Positions 14,737 to 29,191 of a stretch of DNA of 64,000 nt are shown piece after piece. The notes beneath the pieces were generated by a model, which saw nothing but the letters and a program-made list of their open reading frames with translations, was not told where the DNA came from and did no database searches. Origin of the DNA: Eledone cirrhosa (taxonomy: Eukaryota); contig OZ024746.1 of the NCBI GenBank assembly GCA_964016885.1, forward strand, positions 59,148,001-59,212,000, in the 5' to 3' direction. Within the stretch, counting starts at the first letter, position 1. Every line of letters begins with the position of its first letter. A program made the translations under genes and the position numbers.

Positions 14737-14919
14737 TTTATATATATGTATATATATATATATTCAAAACAATAGAAGGCGGGTACTGTAACCACGAGAT
14801 ATGACATCTACGTTGGATGAGTTGCATAACATAGAGTGCTTTTCTTACTATTACATCATGATTTCATAACCTGATAACCAGAATGACCAGTTCTACACAT
14901 TGGTAAACCACAATATAAC

Positions 14920-15037
<118 letters not shown>

Positions 15038-15928
15038 GCGTGTGTGTGTGTTTGTAAGTGTTTGTATGTTTATGTATCTACTTACGCATACAGAGTTAGA
15101 GGAAGAGAGGCGAGTATTGTAGGAAAAAAATTGAAACAACATTGAAAATGTGGACAAATATGTTTTTTAGTCGTTTGCAGCATGGAATATTATTTTATTA
15201 AAATAATGCACCAATCAATTATTAAAGATTGTCTGTTAAACATGTACACGGGCTATTATATCGTACTGATAAATTTCGCGGCCATTTTGAATATTGCAGC
15301 AAAAACAAGGAAAGAGCAACAACAAAATTTATAACACGCGTAATCATTGTCGATTACATCATCTAATCGATATATTTCAGTGAAGAAGAAAGGTATTGAG
15401 TTGTGGAGTTAATGCTTTGCCAAACCAATTGAAACTAAAGTCAATCTATACGTAGAACAGTTCAACTAAGCTATTTATGGTTTCTAACGTAGAAAACCTC
15501 ACAATATGGCGGTCATATTTTTTATTTGTTTATATCTCTTTGTATATGTTCGGAAAAAATAAAATATGTTGATCGTAATTTTTGTTTTTGTTCGAGTGCA
15601 TCTATTTGTATATGTTGTATATATATTAATATTGTATATACATATATATGTGTGTGTGTGTATGTGTGTGAGAGAGAGAAGGAGAGAGAGAGAGTGTGTG
15701 TGTATCTATGTGTAATATATAATATATATATATATGTGTGTGTGTATTTATGTATGTATATATATATATATATATATTTAAATATTTGTGTATAAGTGTG
15801 TGTATAGAAACTACATACTAATAGAGTATATATTATGAATCATTAAAAAGAAAAACTGGCGATCATAATTATCGTATATTTGTTTGTATCTATTTATGTG
15901 TATGTGTGTTATATATTCAGAAATATAT

Positions 15929-16003
<75 letters not shown>

Positions 16004-16320
16004 TATATATATATATACATATATATATATAACCAAAATACAGTACGATGAATGAAGTTGCTCGATTAGTGAATAGCAACATATGCTAAGCAACGTTCCA
16101 ATTCAATGGAAGAATACGAAGTTATGATACGGCATTCTACACCATTCTATGCTATTTGGCTATCCTGTGGTATTTTAAGCTATGCTACATAAATCCGAAT
16201 AGGAGTGATTCATCCGTTTAAAATTTCATGAATTGGGAATACGAAATGTTTAACTGAGAGATTCACTAAATTGTAAACACACATATATATGCACAAACAC
16301 ACGCATATATATGGGTAGAT

Positions 16321-16382
<62 letters not shown>

Positions 16383-16393
16383 ATATATATATG

Positions 16394-16506
<113 letters not shown>

Positions 16507-16628
16507 ATGTGTGTATTGAAGCGAATAACTATGTGTATACTCTGGGAATGTATTCTACAATGCCTATTGAGTACGCTGAGATACAACCGGTCCTGGCATT
16601 GATAAATATGCTGGGTCCGTCAAGTACT

Positions 16629-16673
<45 letters not shown>

Positions 16674-16875
16674 AAAAAGTATGACCCCGACGGCAGAGCT
16701 CAAGCCGTTTCGACGGCTATTTCTGGACTAAATTTGAATTTTTAGGCTGGTAAATATATATATATATATACATATATATTTATTAAAATAACAGATTAAA
16801 GTTTAAGCAAAGAATCGCTGCTTTCACCCTTAACGAGATTTTAGTCTTCAAATTTATTATTATTACTATATATAC

Positions 16876-17456
<581 letters not shown>

Positions 17457-17478
17457 TATTTTCCGTAGTGTTGTAATA

Positions 17479-17597
17479 TATTCCGATGAAATGACAGTTG
17501 ATAATAACATTGAAATATTGAATGTCTGCATAACTAATACTTTGTAGATAGCAGCTGTTTTCAGGTTATGTAATTGTTATAGAAACACGTGTCAATA
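17479..17597 (+). ncRNA. Degenerate hammerhead with long stem II inside a (TA)n-flanked insert (17454-17636)
   Basis: TATT-CcGATGA-[aATGACAGTTG...TAATTGTTATa]-GAAAC-ACGT-GTC-AATA. Confidence 0.6.
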
Positions 17598-17632
17598 AAT
17601 TCCTTTTAACTAAACTGTATCCATTAAAATCC

Positions 17633-17680
<48 letters not shown>

Positions 17681-17687
<7 letters not shown>

Positions 17688-18241
17688 TTAAAAAATAATG
17701 AATAAAACAATGAAACAGTTCCTTATATTAAACAAAAAAAGTTCATTATTTAACGATCGTTTCTAGGATATATATGTGTTAGAATTGGCATGCATATTCA
17801 ACAGATCTATGTACAAAATTATACAAAATTATACAAACTATCAAAATTAAATATACATACCAACACATATATATGCCGTCTTCAGAAATAAATATATATT
17901 TATTTCTGAAGACGGCATATATATGTGTTGGTATGTATATTTAATTTTGATAGTTTGTATAATTTTGTATAATTTTGTACATAGATCTGTTGAATATGCA
18001 TGCCAATTGTAACACATATATATCCTAGAAACGATCGTTAAATAATGAACTTTTTTTGTTTAATATAAGGAACTGTTTCATTGTTTTATTCATTATTTTT
18101 TTAATATTTTATCTTGACTCTGTATTCCGTTTATCTTTCACCGAAAGTGATTTTTCATTGCATCTCTTCTTTCCATGATATCCGGATTACATTGAGTTCT
18201 TCATACGGATTGGACACTACCGTAAACTCTTGGTAGATTTA

Positions 18242-18243
<2 letters not shown>
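17681..18243. mobile_element. Spacerless fold-back pLTR element with long-stem-II hammerhead
   Basis: Arms 17681-17895 and 17896-18110 plus ~130-bp tail; TATTT-CTGAAGA(17906)...GAAAC-GATC-GTT-AAATA(18044). Confidence 0.8.
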
Positions 18244-18286
<43 letters not shown>

Positions 18287-18479
18287 ATGTATATGCACGA
18301 ACGCACTCAGATATATATGTATATATATGTGTGTGTGTATGTCTGTGTGCGTGTGTGTCTCAGTGGCGACTCTAGATCATCAATGTTACTCGGGATTAGG
18401 ATTATAAATTTACAAAATATAGTAACCGTTTAACTTATAGTTAATGTGATGTTCAGGTAAAGAAAATACATTAATGTCT

Positions 18480-19220
18480 GGTAGAGGCATCCTTAGAGAT
18501 GAACAGACACACTGGTTCTCATCTGACTCTGACTTTTGGCTCCAAAAACTTTTTCAGCCACACCCTGGAAACTGCTTCTGCTGGCAAGCTAAAATTAGTG
18601 AGGGCCATGAAGCTTGGAGAGGAGATGGTCACCGCCAAGTATTCTAATACCCACTGAAATGCCATGATAGACAAACAGTCAAATAATATGCTGGATAAGT
18701 CGAGGGTCGCAAACCAAAAACCACACTCTCCACTACTATTTCTCAGGGTGAAGGTCATCAATATGTAACTGAGATAACGGCAACGATGACAATGACATCC
18801 ACATCAAGAACCATCAACCTGTCTAAAGAAACTACTGTCTTCGGAACATGGAACGTCCGCATTCTATATGCTTGTAGGAAGGACGAAAGAACTTATACAC
18901 GAGCTTACCAGATACACTTGGAATATCTTAGGTCTTGCTGAAATCAGGTGGACTAGATTTGGTGAGACAACTAGAGATTAAGGTCTCAAACTGTAGTACA
19001 GTGATGAAGGCACCAAGCACGAATATGGAGTGGGTTCCTCGTTAACAATACCAGAGACATCTCAGTCATCAGCTATACACCAGTATCCAGCACTCATCAT
19101 CATGCTCGTGGCTGCAATACCACAGATTATTACCATTATAAAAGTCTATGCGCCAACACTCGATTATGACGATAGTGCTGTTAAAGAGTTATGTGAGGAC
19201 TTGGAGAAAATCATTAGGAC
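18480..19220 (+). mobile_element. RTE LINE 5' fragment (APE endonuclease), decayed
   Basis: GTWNVR, ILGLAEIRW, HEYGVGF, IIKVYAPT motifs with stops and frameshifts. Confidence 0.8.
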
Positions 19221-19399
19221 CGACTGTACCAGTTGCAGAAACATGATCATCATCATCATATTCAATAGAAGAATATAAACCTTCCATTGCAATGTTGTCT
19301 CTTGTTGATGTTGAAAGAAACTCTTCTCGTTCTCTACTACATGCGCGAGTGTGTGATTTGTCTGATATTTCTATCATATTTAGTGACGTCGTCGTCGAG

Positions 19400-19615
19400 G
19401 GGCGATGGATTGACAGTATCGGTAGAGGGTCGGACGCCATGCTTTGCAGCATAGAGTTACACCCCTTTATGGTCTGAGTTCAAATCCTGCCGAGCTTAAC
19501 TATGCCTTTAATACTTACGGGGTCGATAAAATAAAGTACCAGTTGCTCACTGGGGTCAATTTAATCGCCTTCCCCTCCCCCAAAATTGCTGGCCTTTTGC
19601 CTATATAAGAAACCA
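19400..19615 (+). mobile_element. SINE with target-site duplication
   Basis: Full copy flanked by CATATTTAGTGACGTCGT direct repeat. Confidence 0.9.
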
Positions 19616-20350
19616 TATTTAGTGACGTCGTAGTATGGTCCGCCATCGGTTTCGGCGATGAGTGTTCCAGTTCATCGAACAACGGAAACGGTATAGTAAA
19701 GGAGACTTGCCCGAGATGACAAGCTGTGGTTTCGAAACTGAGACCTAATGATTGCGAAGCGTTACCCTTAAGCATTCAACCATGCTATCTCCATATTGAC
19801 CTTGTAGACACTTACCCGTTAGTTCAATTTCAAGAGTGCTTGATTGATTTATGAGCTGTTGTCAGTATTGTCAATGTGACGTTACGGGAAACTATACTTT
19901 ATGTTGCTTAAATCATACGAACAATAGTAGAAAATAGTAGATTGATAAATTACCAGCAACATACTGATTAATTTCTGATTAATTACTGATTAATTACTGC
20001 TATTAGTGGTGATTACTTTATGTCATAATTGATTTCAGTATAGTAATGAGTCAAGTAAATAAATCTTGTATGTTAAACATGATGACAGATCCGAGTTAAT
20101 ATGAAGCATGTCAATGATTTACTGACAGGACAAAATAAGACACAGGCACTGAGACGAGATAGGCGAGACATCAACGTAAAGTATTGCAAAATGGGAGACA
20201 TCATGGCTGTTTAATGAGATTTCACTGACATAAAATATATGTATGTGTATGTGTGCGTATGTGCATGTGTGTGCAGGTATGTGTATATATATGTGTATGT
20301 ATTTATACGTATATATATATATATATGTGTGTATATATATATATATACAC

Positions 20351-20403
<53 letters not shown>

Positions 20404-20479
20404 CATGTATATACATATATAGATACAAATATAAATGTATGTATATAAATTAATATATATATATATATATATATATATG

Positions 20480-20945
20480 TATTTATTTTAAATGTAGAAA
20501 TGACTACTTCATAACTAGAACTGCTTCATTCGGAGTAAATCACCCCCCCCCCCCCCCACACACACACATATATATATATAGATGTGTAGTGGGGAGGGGG
20601 TGTAATGGAGTGTAACTTGTTTTCTCATTCATAATATTGATAAGCATTTAGAGGTCGCTCACAAAACATTCATGCATGCATTCTACATGCAAAGATTATA
20701 GTGTTATATTTACTTCCTTGCATGTGTGTTGTGTGTATATAAATATATATATGTATGTGTGTGTATGCGTATGTGCATGTGCCTGTGCGTGCGGGAGGTA
20801 ATCACAGTTAAAAAAGATACTCAATTCATTGGTAGAATATATGCATTTTTATTATATATGTGTGGAGCGAGGGTGTTGATTTACTCCGAATGAAGCAGTT
20901 CTAGTTATGTAGGAGTCATTTCTACATATAAAATAAATGCATATA
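20480..20945. mobile_element. Old fold-back element related to 24540
   Basis: ~65-bp inverted arms at 20481-20546 and 20871-20938. Confidence 0.55.
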
Positions 20946-20979
20946 AATACATATAAATACATATAAATACATATAAAAT

Positions 20980-21062
20980 AAGGACATGGCAGCGATAATG
21001 AGGGACAGAGACCGCTGGAGAGAACTCGTCCATGGATCTCGGGAATTTTACCCGCCCTAGAT
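20980..21062 (+). mobile_element. RTE 3' tip, near identical to 1536-1617
   Basis: Sequence identity; (TA)n follows. Confidence 0.85.
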
Positions 21063-21094
21063 ATATATATGTGTGTATGTATACACGCGTAGAT

Positions 21095-21601
21095 GCATAC
21101 ATACATGATGGCTGCCCTCTCGTTATCGAGTATGGCCATTGTACGATATACCATTATTAATAATTATTAATTTTATCGTGTAATGCCTGTGCGTGAAGAT
21201 ATTTTTTAAAGTGAGGAAAGTCTGTGCACTGAGCCAATCCCACTCTCTGAGCGACAGTAGCTATAATCCGAAAAGAAGAAAAGATCAACATCATCGATAA
21301 CTACTGAGCCGCAAGTTTTATATCGGAGTTATCCCAGTTTCCTGAGTTGCCTTCTCCTAGAAGAATGCCCTGACAAAGGCTAGAGGTCCTTCACTCCCAG
21401 TGGTTTAATCGCGTGGTACATGTATATATACATATTTACACACTTTCGGATGGCCATTGACTCTGATGAGTTCTTCCGCCCTTTGTCAGGTTCTGTTTTT
21501 TATCCTACAGGGTGTCCAAAATCACCGTCCTCACCTAGGAAACTTGGTGAGGTTGTTGGTTTAGTCGCCTACGACCCGACCATGCGATAGGTTGTACTGG
21601 G

Positions 21602-21604
<3 letters not shown>
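21095..21604 (-). mobile_element. Non-autonomous RTE derivative (5' UTR joined to 3' tail)
   Basis: Homologous to 22525-23122; (ATGT)n tail. Confidence 0.65.
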
Positions 21605-21632
<28 letters not shown>

Positions 21633-21644
21633 CATACATACATA

Positions 21645-22500
21645 CACAGAGAAAGTTGTGCATGGATACTTGAGGCGTAAAACACAGACCATAGAGGGGA
21701 TAAACCACTCAAAAAGCCTGGCATGGAGTTCCGACAAGTTTATGACATCACACCTTGAGGGATATCTCTATGCAATACAGGAACAAGAACTCCCTACCAA
21801 ATATCTGCTGCACAAAAGAGGAGGGCCAGCAGCTGACAATAAATGTAGGCTATGTAAAACAAAGATCGAGGATGTAAGCCACATTGTTGCCAGCTGCGAA
21901 AGAATGTCATCTCGCTACTACCTCCCCATGAGACACGATGGGATAGCTAGAACTATCTGGAACGCACTTCGGAAAACAAAATTAACAACAAACGAGGAAG
22001 AATATATTGAGACAGATGGCACTAAGGAATACTGGTGGAACCTGAAAATAAAAACTGCCACCAAATTAAAGCACAACCGGCCTGATATTGTAGTTTGGGA
22101 CCACACATTGAAAACGTGTTCTGTTGTGGAGATCAGCTGCCCACTTGATGTAAACGTTGTCAGAAAAATACAGGAGAAGGAGGACATCTACGGACCATTG
22201 ATGAGGAGCTTACAAATCCAGTATCCAAGATACACCTTTAGCTTCATACCCATCATTATTGGTGCTACGGGTTATATACCAACCCGCTTGGACCAAAGTA
22301 TGACCGAACTTGGATTTGCGGACAAAAAGCGCAGCTCCCTAATTCATAGTCTACAAATGGCTGCGATAGCTGGCACCTTCAAAATATGCAAAACATTCTT
22401 GCGATTCAAGGGATGACAATTTCTTTTCTTTTACAACCTTGCCACCAGGAAGGTGGCCGGTCAAAAAAATATACTCGAAATTAAGAGAAAGAGAAAACAC
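21645..22500 (+). mobile_element. 5'-truncated R4/Dong-like retrotransposon with zinc knuckle and restriction-like endonuclease
   Basis: Open frame to 22416: CRLC..EDVSHIVASC, RHD, HNRPDIVVWD, VVEISCP, K..Y; (ACAT)n on both sides. Confidence 0.85.
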
Positions 22501-22524
22501 ATACATACATACATACATACATAC

Positions 22525-23122
22525 ATGGTGGCTGCCAACTCGTTTTCGAGTACGGCCACTACTTTACATCCATGTAGGATAACCCCTACCGAAGCGCTGA
22601 ACGAGTGTGACTTTTTAGTCCAGCCAGCGACTTGAAACCTCTGGTACAAACACTACACCTGTGACAATCATTGACACATAGTGCTGGGCCCATGGTAGGA
22701 CAATTATTGACACATAGTGCTGGGCCCATGTGAGGACAAGTGCAGAGAGATCTCCAGATATAAAGCAATGCCTGTGCCGTGAAGCTTTTATAGTGAGCAA
22801 AGGCACTGCACAAAGCCAGTCCCACTCTCTTAACCAAGATGATATTTACCAAAAAGAAGAACAAGTCAACATCATTGGATACCATCAGGGTTGCAGGTGT
22901 TATATCAGAATTTTCCTTCTCCTAGAATTCTGCCTTGACAAAGGCTAAGGGGTCATCTCTCCCGGTGATTTTGGATGGCCATTGACTCTTAAGAGCTCCT
23001 TTGCCCTTTGACAGGTTTTGTTTTTAGTCCTGCAGGATGTCCAAAGTCACCCTCCTCACCAAGAAACCTTGGTGGGGTTGCCAGTTTAGTCGCCAACGAC
23101 CCGACCATGAGACAGGTTGTAC
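22525..23122 (-). mobile_element. Non-autonomous bipartite RTE derivative
   Basis: RTE-like 5' UTR joined to last zinc finger ([15 protein letters not shown]) and (ATGT)n tail; further copies at 33088 and 36067. Confidence 0.8.
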
Positions 23123-23377
23123 ATACATACATACATACATACATACATACATACATACATACATACATACATACATACATACATACATACATACATACAT
23201 AAATGCCATGCATACATATATACATAGAGAAATGAGTAGGTAGATGCATGTATAATTAGTCAAATATATATAGTTAGATAGACAAATAAATAGATAGATA
23301 GAGAGAGAGGCGGGAGACATACAGACAGACAATCAGCCAGAGAGATAGAGAGATAGAGAGATAGATAAAACAGATAT

Positions 23378-24410
23378 CTTTATTTGCCACAAGGGCGTAC
23401 GGGAAATGGGACATTCCAAGACGTGACGTTACATAAAACAAGACGTTACATAAAATTCGTATAAACTTTAATAAATAACAATAAACTATATATTAAAAAT
23501 TAACAATCGAAATCCCCAATAGAGGGAATGTTTTACACCCCTTGGATAGAACAACCCTCAACACCAGGAGCACGTTTTGTAGGTGTTCCTGTTTTCTCTC
23601 TGTGTATCTTCCTGAACCTACAGGTTTATATACAGAGAAGACCCATTCAGTCGGGCCATTTTCGCCATATTCACCTACCTTTCAGCGAATTTACTGGGGG
23701 TGTAGCACCTCTCTCTCTCCACTCTCACCTTCCTTCTGAAGTGGTACTTAAAGAAGGGGATGAGTTGTTGTCCGGAGAGAAAGGTGTTTGCCTACAGTCC
23801 TTTAAACCTCGTCCACCATATTACCTCTTTCGCCATAGCTACCAGACAGAGGAAAACCGCTTCTCCTTCATTCTTAAATGAAGGAGGCGGGGTGATCCTC
23901 ACGATGGACTCGGCTGACAACTGGATGCGTCCCACACGTGAAAATAGTTGTTCGACATAATTCCACAGGTCGGTCACCTTGAGGATTGAACAATTGCGTG
24001 CAGAACGGTTTCAATGTGCTGCTCGCATCATGGCCAGATCTCTTTGATAGGATCCCTGCCAGGGCGTCCGTGCCTGTTGATTTTGTCTCGAACTGGATGA
24101 AGTCCTCGGTATCACTGCCAAGCTAGAAACTTCTGGAAGTTATCCATAGGTCCTGGACGGAAAGTCCTCCCGAACAGACTGGCCTGTTCATCCTCTTCGA
24201 TGCCTAGAGTCTCCCCGAGAACCTCTGCACTTATCCTCCACTAATCTCCTATAGAACGTCGAAGTGGAGTCTCCGCTGATTGCGGTTTCTGCTTGGTAGA
24301 GGGCTGTGAGCGCCTGAACGCACTCGAGGTGCCAGGTGCCTATTTTGGTCTTCGCTTGAAACAGGACTGCAGCTCTCTTAGCGAAACGAGTTGTGGAAAA
24401 GCTCGTCTCA
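23378..24410 (-). mobile_element. Tx1/L1-like LINE 3' fragment
   Basis: Decayed zinc finger (CEQHIETVLHA) and FLCLVAMAKEVIWWTR; adjoins (GATA)n. Confidence 0.7.
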
Positions 24411-24412
24411 GA

Positions 24413-24505
<93 letters not shown>

Positions 24506-24539
24506 GGTATATATATATAAATATATAGAAAGAGAGAGA

Positions 24540-24712
24540 AATGGCTTCTACAGGACTAGAATGTTTCATTCGGAAGAAATCATCAGATCATTTCCCCCGA
24601 ATGAAACAGTTCTAGTCCTGTAGAAGCCATCTCTATACTAAATATTTATACTCTGCTATGTATTGAGTACCTTACTTACTGTGATTATCCCCGATTGGAC
24701 CCGGGATAAACT
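24540..24712. mobile_element. Small fold-back with degenerate hammerhead and tail
   Basis: Arms 24541-24573 and 24597-24630; minus strand CTGATGA tTTC ttcc GAAt GAAAC. Confidence 0.6.
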
Positions 24713-24720
24713 TATATATA

Positions 24721-25970
<1,250 letters not shown>

Positions 25971-25975
<5 letters not shown>

Positions 25976-26420
25976 TAAAAGGAAAAAAAAATGCTGACAA
26001 ATTTTTCCCAGTGAACAATAGTTTAATTAGGAATAAATATAAATTAGTAATAAGTATTGGTTAGTATTCAGTTTTAGTTTTAAGCATTTACCGGTTGCGC
26101 ATTTCTAATGCTTTTCAAAAATAATTTTGAGATAGAGCGCCCGTGATGTTTGCTCTAATCTGATTTGCTCTAATCTGATTTGTGCAAATATCAGATTAGA
26201 GCAAACATCACGGGGGCTCTATCTCAAAATTATTTTTGAAAAGCATTAGAAATGCGCAACCGGTAAAAACTTAAAACTAAAACTGAATACTAACCAATAC
26301 TTAGTACTAATTTATATTTATTCTTAAGAAAACTATTTTTCACTGGGAAAAATTTGTCACCATTTTCTTTTCCTTTTACTAATATATCACAACTCGTGTG
26401 TTACACCTCTATTCTTTTAA
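25971..26420. mobile_element. Fold-back pLTR element with variant hammerhead
   Basis: Arms 25971-26163 and 26190-26383, ~37-bp tail; TTGAAAA-GCATT..AATGC-GCAAC-CG-GTA. Confidence 0.75.
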
Positions 26421-26442
26421 ATATATATATATATATATATAT

Positions 26443-29173
26443 AAATTGGAATAAATGCTCTGAAATAGCGATATATATGTGAATATAGACATAGAATATT
26501 CGAAAATATTCTGTATGTTTATAATAAACATTTTGAAGACCTAATCGCTATAGAATAGAATACGTCACGTATTACAATTAGATTCTCGATAAAAGCAAGG
26601 GAAGTAATCTACGCGTTTCATTCTTGTTAGAATTCATCAGGACTACATATCCAGTGCTTTTATCGAGAATGACACAGCTAGAGACTTATAGAATACTTAG
26701 CTGTGTACAGGAACTGGTTTGAAAGAGCGGTTGCCGGTCCGGCAGAAATTAGAAATTGGAATAAATGCTCTGAAATAGCGATATATATGTGAATATAGAC
26801 ATAGAATATTCGAAAATATTCTGTATGTTTATAATAAACATTTTGAAGACCTAATCGCTATAGAATAGAATACGTCACGTATTACAATTAGATTCTCGAT
26901 AAAAGCAAGGGAAGTAATCTACGCGTTTCATTCTTGTTAGAATTCATCAGGACTACATATCCAGTGCTTTTATCGAGAATGACACAGCTAGAGACTTATA
27001 GAATACTTAGCTGTGTACAGGAACTGGTTTGAAAGAGCGGTTGCCGGTCCGGCAGAAATTAGAAATTGGAATAAATGCTCTGAAATAGCGATATATATGT
27101 GAATATAGACATAGAATATTCGAAAATATTCTGTATGTTTATAATAAACATTTTGAAGACCTAATCGCTATAGAATAGAATACGTCACGTATTACAATTA
27201 GATTCTCGATAAAAGCAAGGGAAGTAATCTACGCGTTTCATTCTTGTTAGAATTCATCAGGACTACATATCCAGTGCTTTTATCGAGAATGACACAGCTA
27301 GAGACTTATAGAATACTTAGCTGTGTACAGGAACTGGTTTGAAAGAGCGGTTGCCGGTCCGGCAGAAATTAGAAATTGGAATAAATGCTCTGAAATAGCG
27401 ATATATATGTGAATATAGACATAGAATATTCGAAAATATTCTGTATGTTTATAATAAACATTTTGAAGACCTAATCGCTATAGAATAGAATACGTCACGT
27501 ATTACAATTAGATTCTCGATAAAAGCAAGGGAAGTAATCTACGCGTTTCATTCTTGTTAGAATTCATCAGGACTACATATCCAGTGCTTTTATCGAGAAT
27601 GACACAGCTAGAGACTTATAGAATACTTAGCTGTGTACAGGAACTGGTTTGAAAGAGCGGTTGCCGGTCCGGCAGAAATTAGAAATTGGAATAAATGCTC
27701 TGAAATAGCGATATATATGTGAATATAGACATAGAATATTCGAAAATATTCTGTATGTTTATAATAAACATTTTGAAGACCTAATCGCTATAGAATAGAA
27801 TACGTCACGTATTACAATTAGATTCTCGATAAAAGCAAGGGAAGTAATCTACGCGTTTCATTCTTGTTAGAATTCATCAAGACTACATATCCAGTGCTTT
27901 TATCGAGAATGACACAGCTAGAGACTTATAGAATACTTAGCTGTGTACAGGAACTGGTTTGAAAGAGCGGTTGCCGGTCCGGCAGAAATTAGAAATTGGA
28001 ATAAATGCTCTGAAATAGCGATATATATGTGAATATAGACATAGAATATTCGAAAATATTCTGTATGTTTATAATAAACATTTTGAAGACCTAATCGCTA
28101 TAGAATAGAATACGTCACGTATTACAATTAGATTCTCGATAAAAGCAAGGGAAGTAATCTACGCGTTTCATTCTTGTTAGAATTCATCAGGACTACATAT
28201 CCAGTGCTTTTATCGAGAATGACACAGCTAGAGACTTATAGAATACTTAGCTGTGTACAGGAACTGGTTTGAAAGAGCGGTTGCCGGTCCGGCAGAAATT
28301 AGAAATTGGAATAAATGCTCTGAAATAGCGATATATATGTGAATATAGACATAGAATATTCGAAAATATTCTGTATGTTTATAATAAACATTTTGAAGAC
28401 CTAATCGCTATGAAACGCGTAGATTACTTCCCTTGCTTTTATCGAGAATCTAATTGTAATACGTGACGTATTCTATTCTATAGCGATTAGGTCTTCAAAA
28501 TGTTTATTATAAACATACAGAATATTTTCGAATATTCTATGTCTATATTCACATATATATCGCTATTTCAGAGCATTTATTCCAATTTCTAATTTCTGCC
28601 GGACCGGCAACCGCTCTTTCAAACCAGTTCCTGTACACAGCTAAGTATTCTATAAGTCTCTAGCTGTGTCATTCTCGATAAAAGCACTGGATATGTAGTC
28701 CTGATGAATTCTAACAAGAATGAAACGCGTAGATTACTTCCCTTGCTTTTATCGAGAATCTAATTGTAATACGTGACGTATTCTATTCTATAGCGATTAG
28801 GTCTTCAAAATGTTTATTATAAACATACAGAATATTTTCGAATATTCTATGTCTATATTCACATATATATCGCTATTTCAGAGCATTTATTCCAATTTCT
28901 AATTTCTGCCGGACCGGCAACCGCTCTTTCAAACCAGTTCCTGTACACAGCTAAGTATTCTATAAGTCTCTAGCTGTGTCATTCTCGATAAAAGCACTGG
29001 ATATGTAGTCCTGATGAATTCTAACAAGAATGAAACGCGTAGATTACTTCCCTTGCTTTTATCGAGAATCTAATTGTAATACGTGACGTATTCTATTCTA
29101 TAGCGATTAGGTCTTCAAAATGTTTATTATAAACATACAGAATATTTTCGAATATTCTATGTCTATATTCACA
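26443..29173. repeat. 310-bp hammerhead-containing tandem array with internal inversion (retrozyme/pLTR-like)
   Basis: Units start at 26443, 26753, 27063, 27373, 27683, 27993 and 28303 (partial); orientation flips at ~28410; ~2.5 inverted units follow; (TA)n flanks. Confidence 0.95.
28671..28759 (+). ncRNA. Canonical type-I hammerhead ribozyme (one per 310-bp unit)
   Basis: GTAGTC-CTGATGA-ATTCT aaca AGAAT-GAAAC-GC-GTA-GATTAC; distal stem I is 16 perfect bp (ATTCTCGATAAAAGCA/TGCTTTTATCGAGAAT). Confidence 0.9.
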
Positions 29174-29191
29174 TATATATATATATATATA

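Noticed and set aside
26443-29173. CRISPR array or ordinary satellite
   Set aside because: No unique spacers, eukaryotic context, and the ribozyme and termini point to a retroelement origin
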